42,184 nt of DNA from Cercozoa sp. M6MM (Eukaryota > Protista > Endomyxa: Ascetosporea): NCBI GenBank assembly GCA_040357565.1, contig JBDODJ010000096.1, one strand, 5' to 3'. Shown here one piece after another: positions 1-12,512 of the stretch. The notes below the pieces were generated by a model. The model did not search any database, had not been told where the DNA came from, and worked only from the letters and a program-made list of their open reading frames with translations. The position numbers and the translations under genes are program-made. Numbering within the stretch: the stretch's first letter is position 1; the number at the start of each line of letters is the position of its first letter.

Positions 1-42
<42 letters not shown>

Positions 43-92
43 CAGAATCTGAGACACAAAGAGTGCAAAAGAAGTGATTTAAGTTCTAGTAC

Positions 93-400
93 AGGCGAAC
101 GCGGACGGTCCTCGCTCTTCTTGATCTTCTCCTTCTCTGCGCAGCGCAGTGTAGCAGAGAAAAGCAAGCCCGACTGACTATTGTACCAGGTGGAACAAAG
201 TTCTCCATGCCGGGACACAAAGGACGGTTAGCGCGCATAAGCCGCAGGGCCTGCTTGACAGCCTGCTGTTTCGGCACGCTTTTCCAGGCCGCATATGCAT
301 CGTTGGTTGCACAGTACTCGGAGCTGCAACGAGGTTTTCGACCGCATCCCAATGTAAGTTGGAAAAAGTATAGCTGCAATCTTCGCTTTTGATCCTCCAT
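93..400 (-). CDS. AZUL zinc-binding domain protein, probably the N-terminus of a UBE3A/E6AP-like HECT E3 ligase (partial, runs off the left edge)
   Basis: Exon 400-187 gives MEDQKRRLQLYFFQLTLGCGRKPRCSSEYCATN...LCP, matching the AZUL pattern YYxQLTxGCG..C...C...LC. After a GTAC..CAG intron (186-137), exon 136-93 reads EKEKIKKSEDRPRSP. No HECT domain is visible in the window. Confidence 0.7.
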
Positions 401-652
401 TAGCTTACACAGACAAAGGACACGTTATTAAAGCTGCCAGTGCCCCCGAAAGCACACCAGAAAGTTCAAAGAACCCACCACACTCTTTAAATTCGGCTCA
501 TCCGACAAAGTGTACTCGAGCTTGTTGGCGTGGGACGGGATGAGCCACAGTCGGCCGCGTCCTCATCTTGTGGTGACATGAGGCATTAGGCACACAAAAG
601 TGACAATAATTTAAACATCGCGTGACACAGTTACTGTCATTGTGTCAACAAG

Positions 653-1245
653 ATGAACTTGGGACTGTTGAACTTGGGACAGGTATCAATAACACTATCC
701 CCCTTCACAAACCCAGCAGTAGCAATCGAATTTAATCCTCAGTTGCGCCACGTCTGTCGTCAGCCTCGTGTTCTTCTGCGAAAAGCAGACACGGTACTCA
801 CCATCTCCCTTTTTGCTGCTCTACCTCTTGCCCTCCCTTACCTATGTTCACGTGGTGTACAGTTCGTGGAGGGTGTGAGTGAAGTTGAACTCATCCGCTG
901 CTCCAGCGTCGTCGATGAAGATTTGTTGCGCAACTATCTCGTAATTTGGCCGTATTGAAAACGCACCCTTTGTTAACTGTATTCGTGTAGTTTCCATCGT
1001 ATGAGTCGGCATCCGCTGCAATCGGCAACCCACACTTCTACGAGGTGCGCGAAACGATGTGTGCTCTGTTTGACGCACCTGCTGCATCGGATGTGCCTGC
1101 TTTTTCCGAGAAGCAGTTGCTAGGTATATCATTGAGTTACATACAGCAGGGTGTCAGCTGTGTCTCAATGTAGCCATCAAGGAGTGGTCGAAGCAAGCGC
1201 ACATGTGGCGCGAGCGGTAATTCCTTTCTTGTCTTTGTACGTGCC

Positions 1246-1317
<72 letters not shown>

Positions 1318-3095
1318 GTTTGTAAATGTGCACTCATGTCTAGATGGGACCAGGCGCCGCCGACACCGGAAGAGCTGGATCCGCCTGTCGCCATGCCCGA
1401 GGTGCCTTTGCAGTATGATGTCTGTGTGACTCCGTGTATGTTATCCAACAGACACCTCCCGAGCGCTTGCGTCGGGCTGAGGCAGGTATTGCTCTCGTTC
1501 ACTCTTTAATGTATCGATACTTGTGGACCGTTTGTAGTGCTGAAGGCACGCAGCGGTCGTGTCGCCATGGTGCTCGACAAGTGCTACGACACACGGTAAA
1601 GATATTGCATGTGTACACGTACCGCACAGTGAGATGTGTACATGTTTGCAGCAATCATGAGGCCATCTTGCGCACGTGCGATTGTATGGGTGTGCAATAT
1701 CTGTACATTGTGGATCCGGTGGAACGTAAGAACGCCACTCTGCGCAAGGTCACGCGTGGTACCATCTGCCTGCACTGTCTTGTCTCCACTCAGCAACACC
1801 TGGTACTCTTGCGCACAGGTAGTGACAGATGGCTGACGATTCGGCACTTCAAGACGTCGGCTCAGTGCGTTGAGGCGCTTCGGGTATTGACTTTCCAAAG
1901 ATGGTTTGGATCGACTCCAGAATTATCTCGTTGTCAGGCTGACGGACGTGCCATCTACACACTAGATGTAACACTGCCTCTCGTGTCAACGTGTTCGTCT
2001 TACCCATGCTAGTCTGTCTCCGTAGCTTACGCCGAATGCGATCGAACTGTCGCCTACCGCTGATGTACGTTCTTTTGTGACTGTGTTGGTATACATTGAC
2101 TGGATGATTTAGATGCCGCGATTTCCGGACCGTTGTGCCCTCGTTATGGGTCGCGAGGCTGATGGTACTAGTCGTATTTATGCTGCCCCGAGTGCGCGTT
2201 TTTGTGTTATACCTGTGTGACAGGTGTTTCTCCGGAAATGACTGCTGCCGCCGATCAAGTTTTCTACTTGCCAATGTTCGGTAAGTGCGTCTGTCTGCCG
2301 CGAGTGTTGGGTTGTTTTGTACTTTGAGTTTTCTTAGGCTACAGCGATTCCTTCAACGTCGCAACGGCCGCTGCACTCGCTCTGCAGTCTGTGCGTTGTC
2401 TTTTGTTCCTCCAGGCGTGTTGCTGTGGTACTGCGCATATGTGTGTATGTGTCTGTGTGTGCAGGTATTTGCTCAGCTAGAGCTACAGCATGCTGAGGAT
2501 GTCACTAACGGTGTCGAGTAAGTCTTGCTCCGTTGTGTCGGAGCACATTGATAAATTTGATGGGCGGGTGGCATGCGCAGGGATCCCTTGCCTGCTCGCG
2601 GTGACCTGACAGAAAGGTGCGTTTCCTTCCTTCCTGGTATCCCTGAATGTGTTTATACTCATGTCGCTGTAGCGAAGTAAAGCAGCTGCGCCACGAGTGG
2701 TACACGGCGCTCGCCAAGACCAAGCAGAAGGTACCTTAGAGTTTTGGTTCTGTTGGGATGTTTGTGTACGGAGTTTTTGCTCTCTCAGCTGAAGCTGCAC
2801 GCTCTGTACGAACAAAACCCGCCAGAGCCGCTGGAGGTATTATCCTGTGTGGTTTTAATGAAGTGTCCTGATGTGATGATACTCTTGAGCAGAGTGGAAC
2901 TCGTCGTCAGGAAAGCGGCTACATGGTGAGCATTTAGTACTGAACTTGTGTTCTTGTGTTTGCTTCGGTATTTGGTGTGGAAAACTGGGTGTGCTGCAGG
3001 TGCCAAAGAAAATTCGGCAGCGTATCCGTGCAAAAGAAGAAGCTTTGCGACGTTCGATGACCAACTCGGAGTCGGGGGCTTCGTCTCAGGCGTGA
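653..3095 (+). CDS. trmH: SpoU/TrmH-family tRNA/rRNA 2'-O-methyltransferase with an N-terminal extension (~22 exons by hand splicing)
   Basis: The spliced product contains RLRRAEAVLKARSGRVAMVLDKCYDTRNHEAILRTCDCMGV (SPOUT motif 1), TRGSDRWLTIRHF, ALVMGREADGVS (motif 2) and FYLPMFGYSDSFNVATAAAL (motif 3). All introns are GT-AG. Stop TGA at 3093-3095. Confidence 0.85.
1252..1315. repeat. (TG)n microsatellite, intronic
   Basis: Direct reading; lies inside a TrmH intron. Confidence 0.95.
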
Positions 3096-3123
3096 TGTTT
3101 GTCTCGTTTTGGCCTTTTGGGCT

Positions 3124-3174
3124 ATCTAGTTGGCGTGGCACCGCAGGGCACCAGCGGTGCCACGTCAGCCAGAT
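3124..3174 (+). other. Strong stem-loop in the TrmH 3' UTR
   Basis: GTTGGCGTGGCACCGC-agggcacca-GCGGTGCCACGTCAGC forms a 16-bp stem with two G-U pairs and a 9-nt loop, extended by ATCT/AGAT. It lies ~30 nt after the stop. Confidence 0.6.
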
Positions 3175-3491
3175 GCGACGATTTTCGTTTTTAAAGATTT
3201 ATCGTATCGTATCATTGACTAGCAATACCAGATACCGGTTCTGCCACCCTGAGTGTCGACACCGAGCGATGGCTTTGTAACTACGGCCGTACTCAGTCGC
3301 GTCTCTGGATATCGTAACCGAAGTGATTTTCGTATTTTTGCATTAGAAAATGCTCGAAAGTGGGGTAATTTCCCGCAGAGAACTGCTAGAGAACCTGTCT
3401 GCTGGGTTAGAGAGTGGTTAAGTTGCCGGGCAGACATTCGGGTAGTTCTCTGACAGTTTCAGTTCCAGTCCAGGGCTGCCTGCGTTTGGTG

Positions 3492-6315
3492 ATGTTTACG
3501 CTGGTGGAGTTGGAGACCAGCGCGGGGAACGTGCGCGTGACGGGTGACTGCGTGCGCATTGTGCCGTCAGAGAGAAACAAGCAAGACAAGCTCGTGATTG
3601 GCGATTCGGATGGCGGTGTCACGTGCGTCAAAGCAGCTAACCGAGCATTGGAAGAGGAAGCGCGGTACGAGTGGGCGCGGACTTTCTCAATCCCGACGCA
3701 AAGCGAACGAGGGAGCTCTGAGATTACAGAGCTGAACGTCTCGGTCCAAGATGTAGCATGCTGTCGAAGCAGCATCGTGTTTCACTCTAGCGCTGGCGTG
3801 AGCGCAGTGTCAGCCATGCAGCTAGCACCTGTCACTTGCGATCGCGTCATTCTTGCATGCGGACAGCGTGTCCTTGGTTATAAAAAGAAAGGTCGGCGGT
3901 GTATCGATATGCACGTGCCACTTGGAGAAGATATCGAAGCGTTTGCATTTCTGCAGCGTCGGGGAGAGGTCGTTGTTGGTGGGAAACATGTGCTGGGACA
4001 CTTTGCGTCGGATTTTCGCGAGCGATGGCGAGCGGCACTGCCGGGGGCCGTGCGCTGCGTGGCGCTACTGCCGTGGACGCAAAGCCAGAAACCTCAACAG
4101 CGAAAAAAATCTGTTCAGGCACTGCAAACCGACCTTGCGGTCGCCGTGGGCTGCGAAGACAACGCAGTGCGCGTGCTGTTGCACGGCGACATAGCCTTTG
4201 AGCATGAACTCGATTCCGCCATCGTGTTTCTCAAGCACGTTCAGTCACATCCCAACGGTGAAAGCGACCACAGTGGCTTTGCTGGTACCCTCTATGCAGC
4301 GTGAGTTGTGCGCGCTTGATGGAATTAAACTTGAGCAGACGAGCATCTGCTGCTGTTTGTCACAGCAAACGGTACTGTTGGCGTGCTGAAGTTGAGTCAA
4401 GACGGGCTGTCACTTGTGTGGCAACGTTCGCTCACACGCATGCGTGAAGTGACTTGTGTGCACCTTATGCAACCGAACCGGCTTGTCATCGCCGCCGCAA
4501 ATGGTGCCTTTCGTCTTCTCGATATTATGCCAGCACCGAGAGTACCTCCAATTTTTTACTCTACCTCATACTGATAGCACTTTACTTGTAAAACTGTACC
4601 TGGACCCAGGAGGGACTGGAACAAGATACCCAGACACAAACCGAAAACCATGCAAGTCTGCAATCCTCCTGCGTGGTCGAGTGCGTACTGGCGCTACGTC
4701 TGTCGACGCCAGTGCGTGCCATTGACAGCGGTCACGTGGTGTCCTTGCGATCACGGGATGTGGTGCTCGCCACCTACACCGGGCAGCTGCTCGTGCTGAC
4801 ACATGCGGGGCAGTCGGCGCTGCAGCCTCCTTCTCCGCGCCGTTCACGGGCAGTAAAAGTTGTGCGCGGTACTTTACCTCACGACACCGACGGTTGGCGC
4901 ACCGACGTGGATCAGGCCGTGCGCGCCGACGCAGCACATGACGGATTGGTGCGAATGCCATCTGCTGACCAGATACACGCACTGTCAGTGCGAGATGATG
5001 TCAAACAGTTGCGCCGACAACGCGAAGATTTGAAGGCGGAGGTGCGCCAACTTGAAGAAGATTTGGCGTGGCAACGACACCGATACCGCAGTCGCTTCAC
5101 CTCGGAATTGGTGGCAGCACAAGGCTTTCACCTCGAAGCATCGCTCCAGCATTTTGAAGCCAGCAACGACACTGAGCAAAACACAGGAGACGACGAAAAG
5201 CATGCTGGCGCACACTTGTTGACCCTTTCGGCGGATACTGATATCGCCTTCGTTGTCATCGAAAGTGACGCCGGGATTAAGGTAAACGCAACTTTTAGCC
5301 CTACTTCTGTAGACAGGGAAGCGAAAACAATGCGATAAGCACTTGTGGGTAAATTTAGATGGTTGAGACAGATGCACTCGCAAACTACGTTGTTGATGAC
5401 GCGTCAGTTGCCTCTTGTGCCGCACGGCTGGCAGCTCTGCAATCGGAACAAGCACCCTCAACGCCAACTGCGCGAAAAAGCGAAGAATTGAAAGGCACGG
5501 TGCTCACGCTGAGAGCAGCGTCACTCCACTTTGCCAAGAGCAGTCACCGCGACCGTCCGATTTCGCCCGGCGGCAAAGGCGGTGTCGAACAGCAAGCTGA
5601 CTCCCAGGAGACCGACGAATTCGCCGGCATCGACGAGGAAACCTTCCGTCACGCGGTTCGCCAACGTCGTTCGGTACTCTCAACTCCATTTAGGAACGCA
5701 TCGTCTGCTCTTTGCGTGTCAGTGTGAGCTAATTCTAGGACGAGAGCCGCGCGCAGCAGCAGCAAAATGAGCAGTCGCGTCGTGTGTTGCGTCTGCTACT
5801 TGACTTAAGCCCATCCTTGGGGAGTGTCTCTACAGGAGAAGACAATGCCGCCCGCATGATAGAGCAGCACCTTCGTGTCACTGTCGTGAGTGACGCCGTG
5901 CTAAAAGCTGCGCGAACGTGCGAGTGGCGACTTTCGCCGCTGCGTTCCCACGTGTTCCACAGCCGCACAGTGCTTGCAGCTACCTGTCCGGCGGCCACAC
6001 GAGTGACGCTTCTTGCCGATGCCGACAGCGGGGTCGCATGGCGCTGGTTGCGACAGTTGGCTCCGTTGCAGCACGTGCGTGCACGCACTGATTCCTCTGG
6101 CACGCAGCAAGTGTCACTGCGCAATGTGCTTGTGGCAGGCACCGAAGCTGCAGTGGATTTGAGCGTCACCACTGCTGTGCCCATCGCTGAGGTACTGTCC
6201 AAAGCTGAGGTTCTTTGAATTGATCCAACTTTACCCTCTGATTGGTTAGGAAGTCGTGCGTGCCAACAGTCTCGCGAGAACGGGATCTTTCGCGAGCGGG
6301 GTACGATTATGCAGA

Positions 6316-6358
<43 letters not shown>

Positions 6359-7108
6359 NNNNNNNNNNNNNNNNNNNNNNNNNNNNNNNNNNNNNNNNNN
6401 NNNNNNNNNNNNNNNNNNNNNNNNNNNNNNNNNNNNNNNNNNNNNNNNNNNNNNNNNNCACACACACACACACACACACGCACACACACACACACACACG
6501 CGCGCACCATTCAGACAACGTCTTGCACGCGTATTGAACTCACGAGTTGCGACGCGCACGCACTGACACTGGCGCTGGCGAGTGTGAACGAAGAAGCACG
6601 CCGCTCTCGAGTCGCTTTGCGCGTGCAGGTACACTTAGCCGAAGCCGACACTCTCCTTGATGCGGTATCATACACCTTTACTTGACGTAAACATACAAGA
6701 CTTGGTAAAACAAATCTACAGTGCTTGGCGGCTCCGCGTGCACTACTGAATGCGATGCGACCGGAGCTCGTGGAGCTGTTCTTGCACCTACGACATCACC
6801 GTCTCGCGGATGCGCTGCACGAGTTGTCGCAGTTCACCCCACAAACAACAACAGAGCACTCTGTGAAACTGAAACCGGAAGCAAGTGACGAGGAGGAAAG
6901 CGTCTCACCAACCGCTTACAAGTGGCGCTGCGACGCCCTGCAAAACTTCCTGTCTGCTACCTTGCGCGCGCAGGAGCGTCTCGTGTGTGATGGCACAAAC
7001 CGCAGTGACGGCTCGACCGACGGTGTGGCATTTGCTCGCCGATACGAGCAGCTGCAGCTTGCTTTCTCACGCCACGACGCCGCTTTGCTTGACGCTGTCC
7101 TTGTTTGA
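3492..7108 (+). CDS. BBS7: Bardet-Biedl syndrome 7 (BBSome subunit), divergent, 8 exons
   Basis: Blocks colinear with BBS7: QDKLVIGDSDGGVTCV (cf. QKVVIGDHDGVVMCF), VILACGQRVLGYKKKGRR (cf. IFIAAASEIRGFTKRGKQ), VGCEDNAVRVL (cf. LACQDRVLRVL) and AIDSGHV..DVVLATYTGQLLVLT (cf. SIQGGCV..EIVVSTYSGWVTGLT), followed by a coiled coil. The first intron boundary is ambiguous. Confidence 0.8.
6319..6498. repeat. (CA)n microsatellite spanning a 100-N assembly gap, intronic
   Basis: Direct reading; N at 6359-6458, inside a BBS7 intron. Confidence 0.95.
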
Positions 7109-7724
7109 CCGACCAGCTAGATGCTGCTGGAGGGAGTTCCGGTACAGTCAGTAAAATGTTTCGTATGCTTCAAATCTAATCGGCAGAGCCACGGACTCGG
7201 CATCAGCTGAGAGAAACGGGGGTTTTAATCTACAACTCCGTCTAGTTTGACGTAAGAACCCAGTTGGGGTAACTCTTCACTTCGCTTCTACAAACTGATT
7301 AATATGATTCCCTACGCTCGGCTCGCGTAGCTTCGTCCAATTGACGACGCGACTTACTTGAGGCGAGGTGTCCCGCGCATCGTCGAGTGGTTGCCCATCT
7401 GTCAGTGTCAATGTCACGGCAGATGTCACGGAGGGTGAAGTCTTGATCAACGCAGTATCCTTCAGGTGTTTATCACGCGGCCCGATTAGTAATCACAAGA
7501 GTGAAAACTTCACACAAAAACAACTACTCTAACTTTCTGTTGTCATTCTTATTACGAATACTATTCGTAATACTATTCGTAATAGTTTTACGAATAGGGC
7601 GTTTCATTTTGTCCCGGCACTCCGGGCGCCGTGACGGATTTCGAAGATCGTGCTTGACGACGTTTCTTCAAGGTCGTTTAACACGCAGAACCACGCTCGG
7701 ATGCCAACACTAAAATCACTTCGG

Positions 7725-10303
7725 TCACACAGGGATACTCTGGGTTTCCGTGCTCGAGTCGGCCTCGGACGGAAGAGCCTGTTGAACACACATGGCACAG
7801 ACACAAACACAAGCAGATGCATGAGAGAGGAGGTACCACGGGTTGCGCCTGGTCCTCGAGCTGCGCGTGCTTCCACACGGTGGCCGCGGAGGCCTCGGTG
7901 GACCAGCGCAGCAGCTCATCGCCGACGCTCAGAATGAGCGAGGCGCGAACACCACCCAACTGGGCAGGGTAAATCACATGAGGACAGGAAGCTGAGGGAA
8001 GGAACAGGCACACCTCTTGCTGTCGGTCGGCCAGCAGGCGGTCGTCGTCGATGACGTTCTGGATCGACACGACACGGAGGCCTGCGCAGGTCAGCAAGAA
8101 AAAAAAACATGGCGCAGGAAATATATCTCATCCAGGACTAGCCCCAGCAAGTCCTTGAGTTAGTAATTTGACAACGTACGTTTTCTAGCATGCGTCCACA
8201 GGAACACGGAGGAACGAGTGCCTGCTCCCGACACATGTACAGGAACGCACACAGGCACAGAGTTCTCGAGATGAGACAGAAAACGCACTGGCCGAGTAGA
8301 ATCGTTCAAGTCGCGCGTCCAATTCCCAGCTCTGCTCGAGTACGCTCCTGGCCTGCAAAAAAACGGGGACATGATGTTACCGCCTCTTGCACTCATACCC
8401 GTGTCTCTCTTCACACACTACCGCCCTGAGTACGACACGAGGCGTCAACACTGAAGATGTACTCTCTGATCCCGACGCCTCGCTGTACATTGACAGGGGA
8501 ACATGGGTCTGCAGGGAGTAAAGCTGAGCTCAAGAGAGGCACTACGCTGCTTGCGGCACGGCACGGAAGCGGTCGAAAAAGGACTGCGGAGTCACCGCAC
8601 TGCACACGCACGCACACATACATTCTATGTAGGCCCACGTACCGCACAGAGGCAGTACCTGTTCTGACTGGTCTTGTGCTGCAGCAGCAGGTCCGGCACT
8701 CCCTTACGACAATTTTGCGCGTGCGGTCTGTCGTTAACAAACACTCAAACAAGGTAAAAGCAGATGAGCACATGACACACACAGATATACAGGCATATGG
8801 ATACACAGGCACCTCAGCAAGAAGACGTCGATGTTGTCACTCGCAGCGTCAGCAAGCGGCAGCTGCAGCAAGGCAATGTCACCTCTCGCTGCCGTGCACA
8901 GCACGAACGGGTCCGTGTGACTGCTCAGACACGCACACATAGGTAGATATGCAAGTACACCACGAATGGGCGCAGGTGTACCTTTTGAACAGTTTCGTGA
9001 AGTGTCGCTCCACGCGCTTGCGCAGCTCTCGCTCCGAGCTCGCTCCCGTCTCGGCGTGCGACTCGTCCAGCGGCCGTTTCAGCAAGTCTTCGCCACGCAA
9101 GGCCTCGGCCGTCATGGGCGCCTTCTGCTTGGGGTCCTGCGCCCGCGCGGTCATGCGGGCACCGAAGAAACTGTTTCCGCCAATGAGGAGGGTGTAGACA
9201 TTAGCGGAGGAATGGGTGTGCTCGGATACCCCCTCTCGCCGGACTGGATGGCGACATGCGACGAGGCGGCGTCATCATTGCGCGGAGTGGTTGCGACATC
9301 TCTCTGAAGAAGGAAGCAGGGAGGCTGCCGGTGCCAGGGAAGGAAGGCGTATGTTCACATACCTGGCGAAGCAGACCTGCAACCGGCTGATCCTGCAATC
9401 GCCAAACAATGCATTCCACACCGGCACAAAAGGTAGAACACAACGCACAAAGACGCGCTTGCACGCAAGTTTCTTGCCTTGCTCCGCGTCCTATCATACA
9501 GGATAAATGGAGATCCATGAGAATAGATTAACAAAGCTACCCAAAAGGTGACGACGCCTTGATCGTCCCCAGTAAGTAGGAGCGTCTTGGCACTGTGCTC
9601 ACACTCACACACATAAACATACAGGTACACAAGTACACACACACACGTGCACATGTCACAAAGAGGCACCCGAGGGCGAAGTCACGCGCGTCAAAGAGCA
9701 CGTGGCAGCACGCTGCCTGAGCGGCGTCGCCACTCCCGGCACGCAGCAGGAACACCTGCACCAGCGACAGCGGTGGTGCCCACCTGGTACATATGCCCAG
9801 ACATAGATGCACACAACAGAAAAGGCCCAAAATACTTCCTGAGCATGCCGGCCTTCCTCTCGCGACGTGCGTACCTAACAAACGGGTCGAAGGTAAAGAG
9901 AAGAGGATTAAAAGCAAGCACAAAACTGTACACGAGTGCATCAATCAGGAGCGAGAAGTCCTCGCGTTCCTTCGACTGTCGCACCAGGTCGTCTATCCTG
10001 TACATCGGGATATCGGGGGATGAATGGAAAACAAAGTAGCAAGCGGCGCAACCCACCGCTGGTCTGGTGAAGAGCACGCGATACGCAGCACATTGTCGCG
10101 CACCACCACGAAGAACTCGCCTACGTGCACGCGTCGAAAGTAAAAGGATAGGTAACGCAGTAGGAAGAGGGCGACTGGAGGGAGGGCAAAGCACCGTCTT
10201 CGTCGTCAAAGTTGCGCACGAGGCAACCGGCGCTGGTCTTGCCCTGGCCTCTGCCGAAGGGGGTAAACACGGGGACACACACGGGGTAAAAGAGAGCCAG
10301 GGG

Positions 10304-10367
<64 letters not shown>

Positions 10368-12512
10368 GCACACGGCGAGTGATTCGTCGGACAACGACGC
10401 GCTCTGCCGATTCATGAGATGCAGCTGCAGTTCTGCACGAGCAGGGTCATGACGTTCTTCACCCCTACTTGGGCCATAATGTCATTGTGTACCGTCGTCC
10501 TGCCGCATCAGCACGGCAAGATCCGATGCATCGTACTCGGCGATACCCTCCTGTAAACAGCGGTAACGGAGAGTGGTAGGGACTAAAACGTGCATACGAT
10601 GGCAGCGCCCAAATCACGCTGCGCGTAGATCGAAGCGGTCGCTGGTGGGATCTCTAAACCATAATCCAAGCGTGTCCATCCATCCAAGCACATCCATCCA
10701 GGCACATCCATCCAGAAGGGCAGGTACCCTGCGGACTCGGACGTTTCGTCAGCAACACTGACTGCAGCACGCTGCCGTGTGCCACGTGCAGCACCGGCCG
10801 CATGCGACTGCATGAGCACACCAAAGTGCATGGATGTGGAGCATGCATGGCAGAACGATAGAGCGGAATAGGCGCGTACCCAGAGGCACGAGTAGCAGGC
10901 CGCGTGGCAACCTCCTCGAGACCTTGGTACTCGGTGTAGGTGGTGGCAATGTCGACAGCACACTGCGCCGTGTCGTAGTCGTCCTTGAGAACATGCAGTG
11001 TCTCGTAGGACCACAATAGCGCGCTTTGTGCCTTGCCCTTGGCCTCATTGGCACCCTGAAGGCATATAATTACACACACAGACACACACAGACACACACA
11101 CATACACACAGACACACACACACACACACCTAGAGAGAGGGAGTGCTACCTTGATAGCTGCCACACCTGTCCGCCTTCGCACATCAAAGACCCACGACCC
11201 TCCTGCAAAACAGAGAGAGTGGACGGGTAGCACAAGGAAGGCAATACAGGGAGACAGCAGCCATACGTTTGTCCGAAAAGGCGAGGAAACGACCGCACTT
11301 GGAAAACTCAAGAGCACAAATCGCGCCATGCTTTCCTCTGTTCAGACCCACATCAAAGGAGGAAAAGACAGGTGGAGCATTAAAAGAAGACTACTGGTGG
11401 ATCTGTGTATGCGATGAAGCCAGACCAAAGAAGCCTGCGACAAGGAGGCAAAAGGAAAGGAGGTAAGTGCGCGCATAGAGTTTATCCAGTGAAGTACCGC
11501 GCTTGGTCAGAAAGATACGACCACTGGCGTCGCCATGTGCGAAACTGACGTCTTTGGCCTGGAGAGTCATCGTTTCATAGACACAATGGAAGGGAAGGGG
11601 CAGGCGCACCTTGGTGAACCGTGTCGGTGTAGATGCACAGAACTCAAACTCTCGCGACTGCGTAAACTCCTGTCGATCCCCTGTGACAGGGCGGTAAAAG
11701 AGAAGGTAACATAAGTACAGGGAAATACGAAAGAGTACAGACTCGAACGACAGTGACTGAGGCATTGTTTGTGCTCCGCTTGGCAAAATCATCTTCGGGA
11801 AGGTGTCAAAGAAGGTAAGGTCAAAAGTAACGAAAGATAGGGGAGAAGAAGTACAGGTGACATGGTCGTCCGTGTACATACTAGTCACGACCACTCGTCC
11901 ATCCTGGCCGGCGGAGACTAGGAACTCGCCCTGCAGACACGGCACGGTGAGTACATCCATACGTATACACGTATCATTCAAGTTACGTTGTGACATAAGG
12001 ACAAGGACGTCACTGCTCCTGCTCACACAAGGGGTAAGGAGAGGAGGCCAAAAACACACACATGCGCGCGCATACACACACACGCACGCACACACAAGGG
12101 GCATGATCGAAGAGTGATCAAACCTGAGTGCCGGATGTCGCCCTCCTCGCCTCCGCGAGTGCCACTCAGAGACACGCGTGTGCCCGTGTGGTCAAACACC
12201 TTGACGGAGCCTCTGCATACAGCATTTGTGAGAGGAAATAACTAACAAGGCACCCACACACGAGGTGAAGGCACCTCTGCGTGCCAACCACCACGAACTT
12301 CGGATGTATCACGAAGCTACACAATAGGAGCTTAACGACGTGAACGTATACAAAGCAAGCATGGAACAGCAAGTTCAAGTCCTTGCTTGCTTGAAGAATT
12401 AAGAAAGATACGCCGTGATTTCGAGTGTATCCGCGCTGGTCACATTTGAATCCAGCAGCCTCGATATCTGCATTGATGTTAGGACATCGTCGTATCGCGA
12501 TGTCCCTTTCAT
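7725..12512 (-). CDS. VPS41: Vacuolar protein sorting 41 (HOPS subunit) homolog, multi-exon
   Basis: The spliced N-terminal WD40 region reads SFVIHPKFVVVGTQRGSVKVFDHTG...HSAVTSLSLCHNGEFLVSAGQDGRVVVTSMYTD, then FAHGDASGRIFLTKR, EGIAEYDASDLAVL, LQLHLMNRQSASLSDESL and EFFVVVRDNVLRIA, in Vps41 order. ATG at 12512. The C-terminal exons and the stop at 7725 are less certain. Confidence 0.75.
10303..10366. repeat. (TA)n(GA)n compound microsatellite, intronic
   Basis: Direct reading; inside a VPS41 intron. Confidence 0.95.

Noticed and set aside
1137-1509. ORFs rich in CVCV/THTH runs (here and throughout the ORF track)
   Set aside because: They are translations of intronic (TG/CA)n microsatellites, not proteins.
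3100-3130. GGCCTTTTGGGCTA resembles the 5' stem of U2 snRNA
   Set aside because: There is no AAGATCAAGTGTAGTA branch-pairing sequence or Sm site after it.
3318-3331. 14-bp match ACCGAAGTGATTTT shared with the VPS41 3' end (~7712-7725, minus)
   Set aside because: The match is short with no flanking similarity, so it is compatible with chance.
7351-7460. ACTTACTTG resembles the U1 snRNA 5' end
   Set aside because: No correctly placed U1-70K loop, U1A loop or Sm site.
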